A stretch of 64,000 nucleotides of DNA, from assembly GCA_025603075.1 (NCBI GenBank), contig MU626258.1:321457-385456 (forward strand), given 5' to 3'. This DNA comes from Neoconidiobolus thromboides FSU 785 (lineage: Eukaryota > Fungi > Entomophthoromycota). Shown one piece after another: positions 13,605-26,718 of the stretch; within the stretch, counting starts at the first letter, position 1, and every line of letters starts with the position of its first letter. The notes under the pieces were generated by a model that saw only the letters and a program-made list of their open reading frames with translations, was not told the origin of the DNA and did not search any database. Both the position numbers and the translations under genes were made by a program.

Positions 13605-14763
13605 CAACACTATAGTATACTATTTTAAGCTGCTTCTTTATTAACTAAAGTTTACTTTATTTTATCTTAAACAAATCTATTTTCAAAACTCATTAAAGGA
13701 TAACATTTTTGGTTTATCTTCTAGCTTTGATCTATTTTAAAGTATTATATTTTCATTTTGAATGTAGCCTAAGAGCTACATATGAACATATGCAAAACTT
13801 TGAGCTATATCTATAAATATGATAATTATTGGTATATATTTAGCCCATCATTAGCATTAATAAAGACTTAAATTAAATTTTGACTAGCTCAATCGTGAGT
13901 TTCATATATTGGAACTGCTGGTAACTCAATACATGAGCTTACGTTATTTTGTTACACACTACTAATATCAAAGTGAAAACAATCAATAGTGAATTATATC
14001 TTTGAACCATAATAACAATATGTATGGTATATCAAAAGTCTATATTAGATAGTGATGTTTTTTAATATTGTTTGTACTCTCTAGTTATCTCATTTTATTA
14101 ACTTGTTTAACATTCTGAGAAACCTGTTTTCAAATATATTGAAATTCGAAATCTAATTACACAATTTTTTGTAAGTAGAAATATAAGAGTATAGACGAAT
14201 TTCTTTAAACATTATCAATTTTGATTTTAAAATACATTTTATTACATAACTCTGTTAGTTTTAAATTTAATAAAAAACTGATACTGGCCATTTTTAATTT
14301 ATGTTAAAAAATTGATTCTTTATTATTAAATTTATATATATAAAAGTGAATTATACAGCATTAAATTATTTCTAAATATAAAACAAGCAAAATAAATTAT
14401 AAAATCGAGTATGTATTCTTCTATGTTAGTAAGGCCAATTTCTATACAATATCAGTTTTTAACAACTTACACTTGATTTGCCAAGCACTTTTAAATAATT
14501 AAAATGACTATACCTATTGAATATAATCAACCAATCTATTTATTTACTTTTTATTTTAATGATTTTATTAGTTGTTTTGATTAATTTATCAATATTATTT
14601 TAATCAACTTTTGATAAGTTCAACTTTCCATTATATAAATGTTTGAGAACAAAGCTATTAAGGTAAAGCATCAGAGTAGAAATATATAATATATTATTAA
14701 AATAGAGGTTCATCAATGTCTCCCTTCTCATTAATATTTTTTGTGAAATTTATGTGGGTTAAG

Positions 14764-14870
14764 ATATGGGGATGTTTTTTTGGCTTCATTACTTTTTCCA
14801 TTTTTTAAGCGCTATTTGAGTGGAAAAATTATTAGTAAAGTTCTTAAACACAAAAATACATCTCCATATA
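14764..14870 (-). mobile_element. MITE family 1 copy
   Basis: Full length, both TIRs. Confidence 0.88.
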
Positions 14871-14899
14871 TATAAAAATGAGGAAACGTTATTCATAAT

Positions 14900-15000
14900 A
14901 TATGGTGATGTTTTTTTCATTACTTTTTCCATTTTTAAGCGCTACTTAAGCGGAAAGATTGTTAATAAAATTCTTAAACACAAAAATACATCCCTATATA
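14900..15000 (-). mobile_element. MITE family 1 copy
   Basis: Near full length, tandem to 14764. Confidence 0.85.
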
Positions 15001-15260
15001 TGTAAATTGAAATGCTAGCATTTTAGTACGGAGACAAGACAATAAATAGATCTTTATAGTAGTTAAAGCTAATATAAAGTTCATTATAGACATAAAAATA
15101 TAAGAAACTATAGTGATTGGCCAAATATCCTTTTTATTAGCCCTTCGACACTTATGATGGATATTTATGAACTATTTTGGAATCAAGCTTTTCTGCCATT
15201 AATTTAATCTGGAAATAAATTTGTAAAGATCAATAAGTATAAATTAATGTTAGATACAGC

Positions 15261-15356
15261 ATATCGGGATATGTTTTATGTTTAAGAATTTTGCTAAAAA
15301 ACTTTTCCGCTCAAATAGCGCTTAAAAGATGGGGAAAGTGAAGAAAAACACCATAC
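15261..15356 (+). mobile_element. MITE family 1 copy (degenerate)
   Basis: Core TTTTCCGCTCAAATAGCGCTTAAAAGATGG. Confidence 0.75.
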
Positions 15357-15552
15357 AATATTAGAGTAATCTGTGGTAAGCTCTCCTAGTAATCCTTATT
15401 TTAAATACTAAAATTAACTAAACGATATCATATAACTTACAGAAAAAACTAAAGTTGAATGCTCTTAGGATTTTAATATTAGGATGGCTATTGGAAATAC
15501 TATCTTGTAAATGTCAATGACAGATAAGACCTTGCTAATAGTATTATAAATA

Positions 15553-15660
15553 ATATGTGGATATATTTTTGGGTTCAAGAATTTCACTAACAATTTTTCC
15601 ACTCAGATAGCGCTTAAAAGATGGAAAAAGTGATAAAGTCAATAAAAACACCCCCATATA
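15553..15660 (+). mobile_element. MITE family 1 copy
   Basis: Core plus right TIR ACACCCCCATAT. Confidence 0.8.
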
Positions 15661-16903
15661 CTAAATATAAAATAAAGGATTAAACATAAAACCATTTATA
15701 GTGACAAAAACTTCAAAAAAACTGATACGAGCCGTAATAAATTACTAACTACAGTCATTATTTTTTATTTGATTTCAAGCAACATTAAGTTTATTATATT
15801 CAGTTTTGAATTGTTGACTATTTTAGATTTATTAGCAAGTATTATCCCAAATCAATCAATTTGGATCAATTTCGTTCCAACTAATACTTTATCAGTTCTC
15901 AACCGTACAACTTCAAATGGAAAAGACTGATAGAGTAGCCCCCAAGTATTATTCTACAGTAGTTTTCAGAAATTTTGTTTTAAATATTTAAACTAAAAAA
16001 ATAGTTTAAATTCAAAATTTAGCTAAATTTCAGTTGACCATTTGAATTATTTATACCTAATTCTAAAAAGCTCGAATTTTAGTTGGCGCTTTAAAGAAAT
16101 TTATATTTAAAATTTTAATATACGCTTATATTAAAGATTTAAATAACATTTATTTTTAAAAAAAAATACACATATTAGTAAAATTTGAGTCATAAAGATT
16201 TTAAGTTTTCAATACATATTTGAAAAATCGACCCAAATGATTCTTTATTTTTTTATTCAATATCGTCCATATCTGCGAGCTAATATTTTAAAATATTTAT
16301 TTACAATGTCAGCTATAGAAGGTTCAAATAATAGTTGGAGACTCGAATTTTATTATATTAAAAGCTCGAATTTACAAATTACTCTTTACTTTGCTTTTAT
16401 CATTGATCCATTTGGGTCGATTTTCCGGGATAATGCTTGTTAATAAGACAATAAGTGCAAAAAGCACATTTCATAAAGTTTGTGTAATCTATTAATAAAG
16501 CGTTATTAAAGGCAGGATTTTTATGTTTCTAAGAGTATGTTTCTTATCCCAAAGCTATAGAATATCAAGTTAATAACTTACTTTCGAATCTAATACAAAT
16601 AATAAGTGACTTTTTAATAGTAGTATTTCGATATGAAGTAATAAACAATAGATCAAAATACACTGTTTTAGCAACGGTTCAATGTTAAAGTTATATTTTT
16701 GCGAAAATACTTAGTTATTAATAAATAATATACTTAAAGTATTGAACATGTTATCTGTTTTTTATAGAGCTTATAGTTATATATATTTAGTAATTTCCCC
16801 TCTTTGGTTATAAATCATATTTTTAAGCTACTATATTAAAATGATTATGGCAAATAGTGCTATTCAGTACCATGTAAAAATAAAAGGTTAAAGACTAATT
16901 AAC

Positions 16904-17009
16904 ATATGGGGATGTATTTTTGTGTTTAAGAATTTTATTAACAATTTTTCCGCTTAAATAGCGCTTAAAAATAGAAAAAATAATGAAGTCAAAAAAAACA
17001 CTCCCATAT
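16904..17009 (+). mobile_element. MITE family 1 copy
   Basis: Full length. Confidence 0.88.
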
Positions 17010-17795
17010 CATTTCTATAAACATGATAAAGCAATAAAGTTAATTTGACTTTATTAAGTTTGAATGTTTTTTACTCTTCAAAAAGAATTTGGTAATACTA
17101 TTTATATTTTTTTGATAGTTGATTCCTAACCAAAAAAAAGTAACTATCATGTCTATATTCTAATAAATTTTTAAAACTAGACAATTTTTTTTAGTTAAAA
17201 TGCCAATAAAGTTATTGAGTTTGAAAGGTTTTTGCTCATATTGAAGTCAGGTATAGTTTATTATGCTGTTATGTTGTGAAGTCTTATCAACTTTATTATA
17301 CTTCTGATATCGTGTCCAATTTTAAAATTTCTATAGCATGAAAGTTAGCTCATTAAATCAAATAAAGTTTAATTTAAAGAATAAAAATAAAAATATTAAA
17401 TTAAATATAATTTGCATGAAAATATTTTAAAGCTCAATTAGTAAAAGATACAATTATGGTAGGTCCTGCTTTTGGAATGTTTTATATCCTTTTATAGGGG
17501 TTGTACTAATTAAATAGTATATTATAACGAATGCCACTCATAATTGCATGTAAAATAAAGGGAAAGGGGGTCTTCTGATGTATTACTTAATTAAGTTGTT
17601 TCTAACCCTATAGCGTACATAAATTGACCGATTATAAATATAATTAGTAGTACCCATAGGATACTATAAGCTGTAATATTGGATATCGATTTAAGCACTT
17701 ATAGTAAATTCAATCATCTAACGATACTAATGGAATGCCAACGTTGTCCATTAAAGCTATTATTATTATTTATAAAACACTTATTATGTAACAGC

Positions 17796-17903
17796 ATATG
17801 AAGATGTATTTTTGTGTTCAAGAATTTTACTAACAAATTTTCCGCTTAAATAGTGCTTAAAAAATGGAAAAAGTAATGAAATTAAAAAAAACACTCCCAT
17901 ATA
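17796..17903 (+). mobile_element. MITE family 1 copy
   Basis: Full length. Confidence 0.85.
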
Positions 17904-19222
17904 AATAACATAATCACAAAAATAAAGAACGCAAATTCTTTAAAATATGGCAGTTTTAGATATATTTTAAGGTTTAGTTTCTATCACATTTTTATATTTA
18001 AAGTTATATTATAATTTGTTTTTGAAAATGAATTAAAATTTTAAATCAATAAAGCACAATAAAATATGCAAATTAATAGCGAAGTGTTTAAATTCTCGGC
18101 ATTTGAACTAATTTAAATTTAATATTTAAATGAAATACATATATATTGTATTACCCTTAATTCTAAGCTTTACCTCAAATTCCATTGTCTGTAATTAAAT
18201 AAGACGGCAATAAAATTTCCTTAATTAAAAAATTAAAGTAAACTTGTTCATTTTCGGTTTTCGAAATTTAATACATTTCACAAAACATTTTAAACTTATT
18301 AAATTATTTTATGCCATTCAACAAATATTACAAAATATCTAGATAAATAAAGAATTAAAAGTATGGATTACAACTATATCCCAACACCTCCGTAATAGCT
18401 TGAGTTACGGATGTTTTAAATAGCTTTGATTATGTGTATCAATACAGGATAAGCTATATGAAATATAACATATAGAATGCATTTATTCCAACGGTATACT
18501 TTTTAATTCAAAATAGTTGACAAAGTATAATAGTTTAAGTACAAAAGAGTGGTATTATAAAAAGCTTAATCACTTTTAAGTGGAAAATGGTTTTAGCGAA
18601 GTAATGCTCTAAAATGGCAACTAAATTCAAAAGAGTTGATTTGTTCATGTCTTTTTTTATTCTGCTTAATTATATGCTTAATATTTATTATGCCAAAGCA
18701 TAATTTTTTTCAATAATTAAATCTTCGTCATTTAATTGGTCGTGGTCTTATTACCATTTATGTTTTGCTCAATTTTGATTGAGCAACTGTATTTATTGAT
18801 AGTGTTTTTTTATGGCAAAACAAATCTTAACCTCTATTTGGAAAGGAGGAAGCCAATGGTGCTTAATTTATAGTTAAATTAGGTGATATAATTCGCTAAT
18901 AAATGATCTAGTGTTTATTTATGACTTTAAATACTGAAACATTATTCCAAATACATTTACAAAATTAAAAACCACTGTATAATTTATCATAGTATCAAAA
19001 TTTGATCAAGTATAAATACTCGACCGTTGAAAAAAATTAAAAATATTTTAACTCCAACCAAATTGTAAATTTTTGTTAAGCACAGGCAACATACTTTTTT
19101 CATAAAAGGAAAATAATTTGCCAACAAAATTATCATTACATCTAGCTTATAACTGTTCATTTGTATTTTAATTTATTCCAACCTTTTATCTTGTACATTT
19201 TTTAAATATATTTATACAACTT

Positions 19223-20680
19223 ATGATCGCAAATTATATATCAACTGGTATTCAGGGTATAGATAATTTTGGATTAACAATGAAGTCAACTCACAAAAGG
19301 ACGCCCACTGCTGAAAGGTTTTACCCTTACTCATTATCACAAGGAGAATATTCAGATATTTTGGATTCAATTCGTGTATCTTTGGATAAAATGTTACCAG
19401 AAAGGCGCCATACCAGTCGTCGTGGCTCAAAAGGATCGTCTCAAGGCTCAAGTTCAAGTTTCGAAGATGATATAAGTCAAGAATCAGATGTTTCTCCAAG
19501 TATCCAAACACTGTTGGATCATTTGGATGCCTGTATCTTAAAGTTAGATACACCTGTATCAAATGAAGTTGCTTCAACTACTGATAACTCAAAAACAAAT
19601 CAATCAGCTTTATCTCGTAACCTAGAACCCAGTCAATACCACGAAGAAAAAGGATTCTTTAATTCAACTTTTGGTAGACGCCGTTCAAACTTTGTTTTGC
19701 CTACTAGAGATAGACAAGGCTCACTTGCTTCTATAGCTACTGCATCAACATTAAACTCCGCTTCTGGCTCTAGTCCACGCTCAAGTTCTCTTAATACTTC
19801 ATCAAATGTCACAATTTCTGAAGTCATACAAGGTGCCACTTCAAAGGGATTTTTAACCAAACTCTTTGTAACCAACCCTTCATTTTTGGCTCGCAAATCG
19901 TGGAAAAGAAGATATTTTGTTTTAAATGGAGCCAATTTATTTCGTTTTAAATCAGATACTGAAAGTATTACATGCAGTGAAGTTTTTACTCTTACTTCTA
20001 CTTGCTCTGTTTGTGTAAATGAAAGCTTTCCAGGAAAAAAATTCGTGATCCAACTTAGCGAAGCTCAAAGCAATAATACAGTATATCTTTTAGCTGACAA
20101 TTCAGATGATTTATCCCATTGGTTAAACTCATTTAAAGAAGCAATTGCTAGGGCCAGATTCGAAAATGAAATTTTACCACCCTCTCCAGAAGAACCCGAG
20201 TTCCAATCACGTTTAGAATCAAGGCGCTCATCCTCACAGACTTTACCAATCACTTTTCATAATATGGATACTGATCACTTTATGATTCAATCAACTCGTA
20301 TTTCAAGGGCTAACTCTCAGCCTGTAATACAAACCTTCCCTTCATTAGCAAACACAGGAAGGTATAGTACAGCACCAAGCCCACTTCAAGCCCAAAAACA
20401 AATTTATGTTCCAGAAACAGCAAGCTCAAGCTCATCACCAATATTTGGAAAAGTTAATTCAACTACAAGAGTAAGAAATAGTACAAACCCACGTATTCCT
20501 TCATTGAATGTTTCTCGCAGACCTAGCTTAGCCCCCCTCCAAGAGAATGATAATGATGATTCGGATTTTTTAAAAGATGTTCTCGAACCTATCACAGGAA
20601 ACTTCGAGGAGGCAGAGCAAAAAACAAGCACATTGATGAGCTTATTTTCTAATGACACAGTTTATTCACTCAAGTCGTAA
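19223..20680 (+). CDS. PH-domain protein, 485 aa, Ser-rich flanks, function unknown
   Basis: SKGFLTK...KSWKRRYFVL...YLLADNSDDLSHWLNSFKEAI matches the PH fold pattern. Confidence 0.88.
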   Translation: MIANYISTGIQGIDNFGLTMKSTHKRTPTAERFYPYSLSQGEYSDILDSIRVSLDKMLPERRHTSRRGSKGSSQGSSSSFEDDISQESDVSPSIQTLLDHLDACILKLDTPVSNEVASTTDNSKTNQSALSRNLEPSQYHEEKGFFNSTFGRRRSNFVLPTRDRQGSLASIATASTLNSASGSSPRSSSLNTSSNVTISEVIQGATSKGFLTKLFVTNPSFLARKSWKRRYFVLNGANLFRFKSDTESITCSEVFTLTSTCSVCVNESFPGKKFVIQLSEAQSNNTVYLLADNSDDLSHWLNSFKEAIARARFENEILPPSPEEPEFQSRLESRRSSSQTLPITFHNMDTDHFMIQSTRISRANSQPVIQTFPSLANTGRYSTAPSPLQAQKQIYVPETASSSSSPIFGKVNSTTRVRNSTNPRIPSLNVSRRPSLAPLQENDNDDSDFLKDVLEPITGNFEEAEQKTSTLMSLFSNDTVYSLKS

Positions 20681-22899
20681 GATATATACTTTATTTCTAT
20701 ACTTCGCCATATTTAATAAATTTCGTTCCTTTTCAAACGTTTAATTTGATGGCTAATATTGCCTGTAAAATAAATTTTATTAATATTATCATAATATTCT
20801 ATTCAACTTATTTATCCTTAAACTTGTTTTGTAAGTTTCAGATAAAAATAGGACATATCCTGTGTACATAGTTTTTTTTGCGATAGAGTACAAATGTGTC
20901 ATTTGAGCAAAATTATTAAATTTGATCTTATTATTTAACATTTTATTGGTGATGATAATAATAGTACTGTGAAGTAGAAAGTGTTTTAAAACCGAGTTTT
21001 TGTATTTGTTCTAAGGCTTATAGTTTTAAATATAATAACTTGCTTTACTTTAGAACTATATCGTTATTTGTATAAGTATTTTATAAAACTTATTTTAAAA
21101 CATAAAAGCACCTTTTAAAAGATTAGTTGAACAGACATTGAAATCAAGTTCTAGTATTCAATATTGCTAACTTATTTTTGAATTTACTTCGCTAATACTA
21201 CCCATTCATACTTTGTAAGACTAGTTCAAGCTAACTATCAAATGAAAACGACAATATAGTAACTAATGATATTGAACAAGGCTTACTTCCTACCTCATTA
21301 AAGTTAAACTATTATTTAATTTTGATTATACAGGCTTTTATTTATAATATGAAATTATCCATTCAGGGTAGTTGAATAGCTAAAATTTTAAGATGTTTTA
21401 GATTGAACTAGTAAAAATAGATTAGATAGTATAAGTAATTGGCTTAGATATTCACCTTTCATTTAATTTTTAAATTTATACACAATAATCACCAGATGAT
21501 TTCATTATCATACCTGTCTCCTCGATTATTAATGAAACTAGACCGGATGGGTGAATAAAGGATAAAAATGTTTCTCCATATTAATATTTGGATCACCCAG
21601 AATTTCAAAAAAATTAAAAAAAGGATTCAATATTGAGTTTAATATTTCAAGATGAAAAAATATTAAATAAATTAATTTTTAAAAAACTTTAACTATTTTT
21701 AAATTAATTAAATTACAAATATTTTTGTTATACTGTAAAAATGAAACAAAAGATAAGATAGGTTTAAATAAAATCTAAAACATTCCCCACCCGCTTGTTC
21801 GTATATTATTTCAATACTAAATTTAAACTACACTTGCATAATAATGGGTTTTTTATCTTATGTTGTATCATGAATCCCTAAATTTTAGGTATTACACCTT
21901 TGGTTTTAAAACAAATAAATTAGTATCCCAGATAGAAGTATTTTTTAACTTCTAGTCTTACTTTAAGTAAGTTTTGAAAAATACACAGTTTCTCATAATT
22001 AGTTTAAAGATAAAAATAAAACATTGTAAAAATAAGAATATGGAAATATATAATATACTTATAAATAGAAAGTACCTTTTAAAGATACTTCGCCACTTTC
22101 AGGATAAGATGTTACAATTATCCTTTTAAATAGATTATAATCGAATAGCTGAGGAGTATGGCTCTTTTCATTCGCAGGAGCATTATTCTTGAGCTCAGAG
22201 TGAGAAATCAATAAATTGAGGAATTAAATAAGCAATATTATGGAAATTAGGCGATAATTATTGTTAATATAGGGTTTATTCTTTATACTAATATAAGAAT
22301 AAGTGCCTAAATATCCTCATTATCTAATTTTTTGACCCTTTTGTTTATTTTATTTATAGGTTATATCATATATAAAATTATATATGAAATTACATTCTAA
22401 TTATTTTATCATTTCATTTTGAAGTTGTAATATCAACCTTACTTTATTTCAATTTATTCCTTATAGAAGGCTTAGAAGTGGCTAGACATTTCAATAGCTA
22501 AACTTTTATATTAAAATATTAACAGTAACTTACTAATATATATAACACATATAAAAATAAATTGTATATAAAACAAGGCATACAAATAGAAAATAATATC
22601 TAAAGTAAGATATATACAAAGACAAATTGCATATAGAAGATAAATATAAAAGATAACTTACATAGCTTAAAAACCTTAAGTCAAAGGCATGCTAAATTAA
22701 AAAATCTCGGATTTTCCAAGCATGACATTTATGTTCAAAATGTAAGACAAAAGATCTAGATTGCTAGCTATTACTTATTTTAAATTGCCTTTTAACTTTA
22801 TATAAAAGGTTTAATGCTTTAATTAGTGTGATTGAGAGGATGTAATGTTGATATATATGCTATTATAGTAAGATACGTCTCCTGTTTTTATTTTATATT

Positions 22900-23690
22900 A
22901 TAAAAGTTATGGTGCTCACTTGTAAATAATTTTTGCCCATTTTTGCGCATCGATTTCAAGTAAATTTATTTTGTCTTCAAGTAGTTTTTTTAGTGTAGAT
23001 CTAAGGTAGAATGTAAGTATTGTGATGAAGGTAGAGTAGCTTAAATGAGTATAAAATCTATTCAAAGTTGTCACACCACTTTATTCAAGCATTAAATCAG
23101 AATCTTCTAATTACATAAATACGGACATACCTTTACGTTAATTCCTGGGTAGCCATTATATAAGAGATATTCTCGAAGTGTGCGCGAAGTAAGGTAGTTA
23201 TTTAGTGTATGGTTCAACTGAAATCTTTAAAAAAAACTATATGTGCAAATTAAGTGGTACTGAATTTATGTATATAATCTACTCTCGATTTAGTATAAAC
23301 CTCACAGTATTAAATAATGTATTGGATTTAGAGGGCTTCTATTTATTATCATTATAACTCCACTGTTGCTGAAACAGATATAAGTTCTCTAAATTCACAA
23401 CTTTTCACTTTGTGATATGATAGTAGATTAGAATCAAAATCCATGAGCATTTATAACTTTAAATAGTTAAAACATCAATTCAACAATACCCGACTATAAG
23501 TTTAATAGATTGGATATTATTAAGTGTTATAAAAGGCAACTTCACTTAGACCAGGCATATATTTGGATTTTACTAATGAATTGAATAATATTGAAGTTCT
23601 TTCAAAACAAACTTTAAGATATTGCTGAGGCTCATTACTATTCTTTAATGAATTTATTACTATCTAACTTGGAACTTTGCCATTTATTTT
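22900..23690 (-). pseudogene. Possible decayed protein-coding relic, family unidentified
   Basis: Long protein-like open stretches on the minus strand (e.g. TLNRFYTHLSYSTFITILTFYLRSTLKKLLEDKINLLEIDAQKWAKIIYK; VVNLENLYL) interrupted by stops and frameshifts. Confidence 0.25.
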
Positions 23691-24600
23691 AAATTAAAAC
23701 AATAATTAAATAAAATAAAAATAGAAAACCTTTTAAAAAAACGGATAGTTAAAAAATATTGAACTTGCTAAAATTAGTTCAAGGATTTATGGATGTAAGG
23801 GGTCGATGTGTGTACACCAATTTGAGATAAATGTTGTTAAAGATAACGTCTTTGTTTGTTCTATTTTACTTTTTTTAAAGAATTTAATATATTAATTTTG
23901 TTACCTAAATTCCACCTTATTTTTTAAAATAATAACAGATAGTAAAGGAGATACTTTTTAAACATTTAGCCTAATTTAAGTTTAAATCCTTGTGCAACAT
24001 TAGTTTTTTTTGAAAATAATAAAAAATTTACTATTCAAACTAAATAAATTCTATTTTCCTAAGATATTTGAATTTTATTTATTTATCTGTTATATCATAT
24101 ATCAATAAATGTACTATTACATAACTATATACGAGTTGTTAGTTTAAAGTACCTTTTCCAGTATTAAGATTGTATATTGTTTTATGACAACAGCCTTAAA
24201 TTCAAGTCAAAACTAATTTTAATGGCTTATTACTATTTATAATAGTTGTCTATTACATAATATGTACACATGAAATATATCGAATAGAAGCTATATATTC
24301 AAACATCTAATTAGTAATAATTTACCAAATTTAATGATAATAAAAAATTAAAATTAAAATTAAAATCAAAATGGATTTCATATTAAAAGTTTTATATTAA
24401 AGTTTAAATGTTTTAATGATGGTTAGCGTTAGGCGTACCAAAGCTTATTAATAGAGCGATCGAGAGGTAAGTTTAAATTAAAATTTATAACATTGATTTT
24501 TTAGAGAAATGCTAAGGTATCATATTAAAATAACACGAATTAAATAAATTACCCAGCACTCAGGTCATCTAAGTATGCTCTGGGATATATAAAAACTATT

Positions 24601-26718
24601 TTAAGACAAACCTAACTCATAAAGTGAACGTATGAGTTTAGCATCACCCTGTGGATCTGGACTGCGTGGAGAAGGTGTATGACTTGAAATATTGGAATTT
24701 ACTGAATCTCTATTAGATGGCGGGGTACTACCACTAGGTGGAATTAAAGTACTTGAAGCCGCACTTGAAAAGTTAAATAAATTGGCTAGAGAAGGTCTCC
24801 TATTCCCAAATTTTAAAAATGATGATCCTGAATTTTTCTTTTTCGGTAGTGTTGAAGTAGAAGAAGGCCTCTCTTTACTGTTTGCAGAAGAATCGCTTTT
24901 TGAAGTCATAGTACTATTAATAGTTGAAGTCATTGATATATTTGTATCATATGCGCCTGAGCCATTAATATTAGTGTTTGAAAGTTGAGAACCAATTGAA
25001 TCACGATTGCTTCTAGGTGCAACTGATGGTCTACGAGAAACTGGGTTAGATTGCGACTGTTGATTTTCTAAAGGTTGAGACACAGGTACAGGTTCAGGTA
25101 TATCAACTTTAGCTGTTGGAGGTCGGAAATTTGGAGGCATAAATCTAAGAATCTCGGTTCTCAAAGCGCTAGGATATTCATCCCAAAAATAAGTATTATC
25201 CAATAATTTTAGCCTTTCTTTGAGAATAAGGGAAAGCGATCTAAGTCTTAAGCCATCTCTTTTTCCTGTACATGAGACTTCAAATATTTCAAGTGCATTA
25301 TCGACATCTAACATACTATGTAAATGTGAAGCTGCTTGATCATATAAATTATGAACCGAATAATTCCTGGCAAATATCAATAATTTTCCTAATACTTTTA
25401 AATTTTTGGCTTGATCAAAATCAAGATTATCGGTATAAAGGTACCTAACAAAAGCCTGAATCGTTGAATATGTCTCTTGTAATTCCAAAGTATTTGATGA
25501 AAAAATTCCCAAGGCTTGATCTTTATCTTGTCTTTTGGTAAGATAGGTATCAAAATTTCTCCAACGAGATCTTAAAAATCCAGAATTGATATGTATACGA
25601 AAACCATCCTTAGTCAAAAGAGCAAAATTAGAATACCTTGGTTCATACATCATTAGTAACCCAAGATCAACAGAATGCTGATCTTCACAGGTAATTGGCT
25701 TTCTATAAATATTGAATGCTTCAAGATTCACCACACTGATATGGTTGAAATTAATACGACGATGCTGATAATCTTCTACAATTTCTCTATCACGATGTCC
25801 AAAAATAAGGAACTGATTATTCATTGGATGGAGGATACCACGATTCCACGATCCACGAGCAAAGCAAGAGCCAGTATCAATTCGACTCCAAGTAAGCTCT
25901 TTAAGATCAAGGGTCCATAAACTGTATGATTGAACATTGTTGCTAATATATGTACCACTAATAACAAGTTTATCCCCTATAATGTAACCTTCTGGAAAGC
26001 GAAGGGCAGGAGGAAGATCAGAGCGGTTTTGTGGAAATTGAAAACTGTTCATATTAAGATTGTCATCAAAAGTAATAAGTTCGCGAATAGGATTATTAAA
26101 GCGCGTATTTGAAAAAACAAAAAGCTCATTAGAACCAGGACAAATACTTAGTGTAGAGCGATACGATCCAATACCTGCAGAAATAGAACATCTTTTCTCA
26201 AGCTCTTTTGATTTTAAATCAAAAGTATAAATGTCATTGAGATATTGATTATCTGCATCTTGGCCACCAATAATAAATAGATGATTATTTTTCGTTATTG
26301 TAAGATGAGCATATCGTGAAGGAAAAGTTGTGGTATTAAGCTCAAAAATTTCCCATTCATTTGTTTGAATATTGTAAATACAAATGTCATTAAGAACATT
26401 AGGTGTATCAGGATTAGTTTGTTCTCCTTGTCCTCCACTAATAATTAAATATTTATCTTCATGCATAGTTGCAGAATGAAAATAACGTGGTGAAGGTAAA
26501 GGGGATCCTTCATTTGGTTGAACTAATTCGCATGCCATATGATGTAAATCAAAAAGATATAAATCATTAGTAACTTTGGGAGGATTGATTGTGCGACCAC
26601 CAAAAGCATATAATCTATCCTTAAATGTTGTTAAACTTGGTCCAACCCTGGCCAGAGGAACTGTTCCAAGAGTTAAAGATGCAGATACAGTAGATTCTGA
26701 AAATACAGCCACAGTCAT
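24601..26718 (-). CDS. Kelch-repeat plus BTB protein, Mds3/Pmd1/Ral2-like
   Basis: Kelch GG motifs (LYAFGGR, IISGGQ, FIIGGQ); BTB-like segment (FLRSRWRNF...AFVRYLYTD); Ser-rich tail. Confidence 0.85.
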   Translation of the reverse strand: MTVAVFSESTVSASLTLGTVPLARVGPSLTTFKDRLYAFGGRTINPPKVTNDLYLFDLHHMACELVQPNEGSPLPSPRYFHSATMHEDKYLIISGGQGEQTNPDTPNVLNDICIYNIQTNEWEIFELNTTTFPSRYAHLTITKNNHLFIIGGQDADNQYLNDIYTFDLKSKELEKRCSISAGIGSYRSTLSICPGSNELFVFSNTRFNNPIRELITFDDNLNMNSFQFPQNRSDLPPALRFPEGYIIGDKLVISGTYISNNVQSYSLWTLDLKELTWSRIDTGSCFARGSWNRGILHPMNNQFLIFGHRDREIVEDYQHRRINFNHISVVNLEAFNIYRKPITCEDQHSVDLGLLMMYEPRYSNFALLTKDGFRIHINSGFLRSRWRNFDTYLTKRQDKDQALGIFSSNTLELQETYSTIQAFVRYLYTDNLDFDQAKNLKVLGKLLIFARNYSVHNLYDQAASHLHSMLDVDNALEIFEVSCTGKRDGLRLRSLSLILKERLKLLDNTYFWDEYPSALRTEILRFMPPNFRPPTAKVDIPEPVPVSQPLENQQSQSNPVSRRPSVAPRSNRDSIGSQLSNTNINGSGAYDTNISMTSTINSTMTSKSDSSANSKERPSSTSTLPKKKNSGSSFLKFGNRRPSLANLFNFSSAASSTLIPPSGSTPPSNRDSVNSNISSHTPSPRSPDPQGDAKLIRSLYELGLS

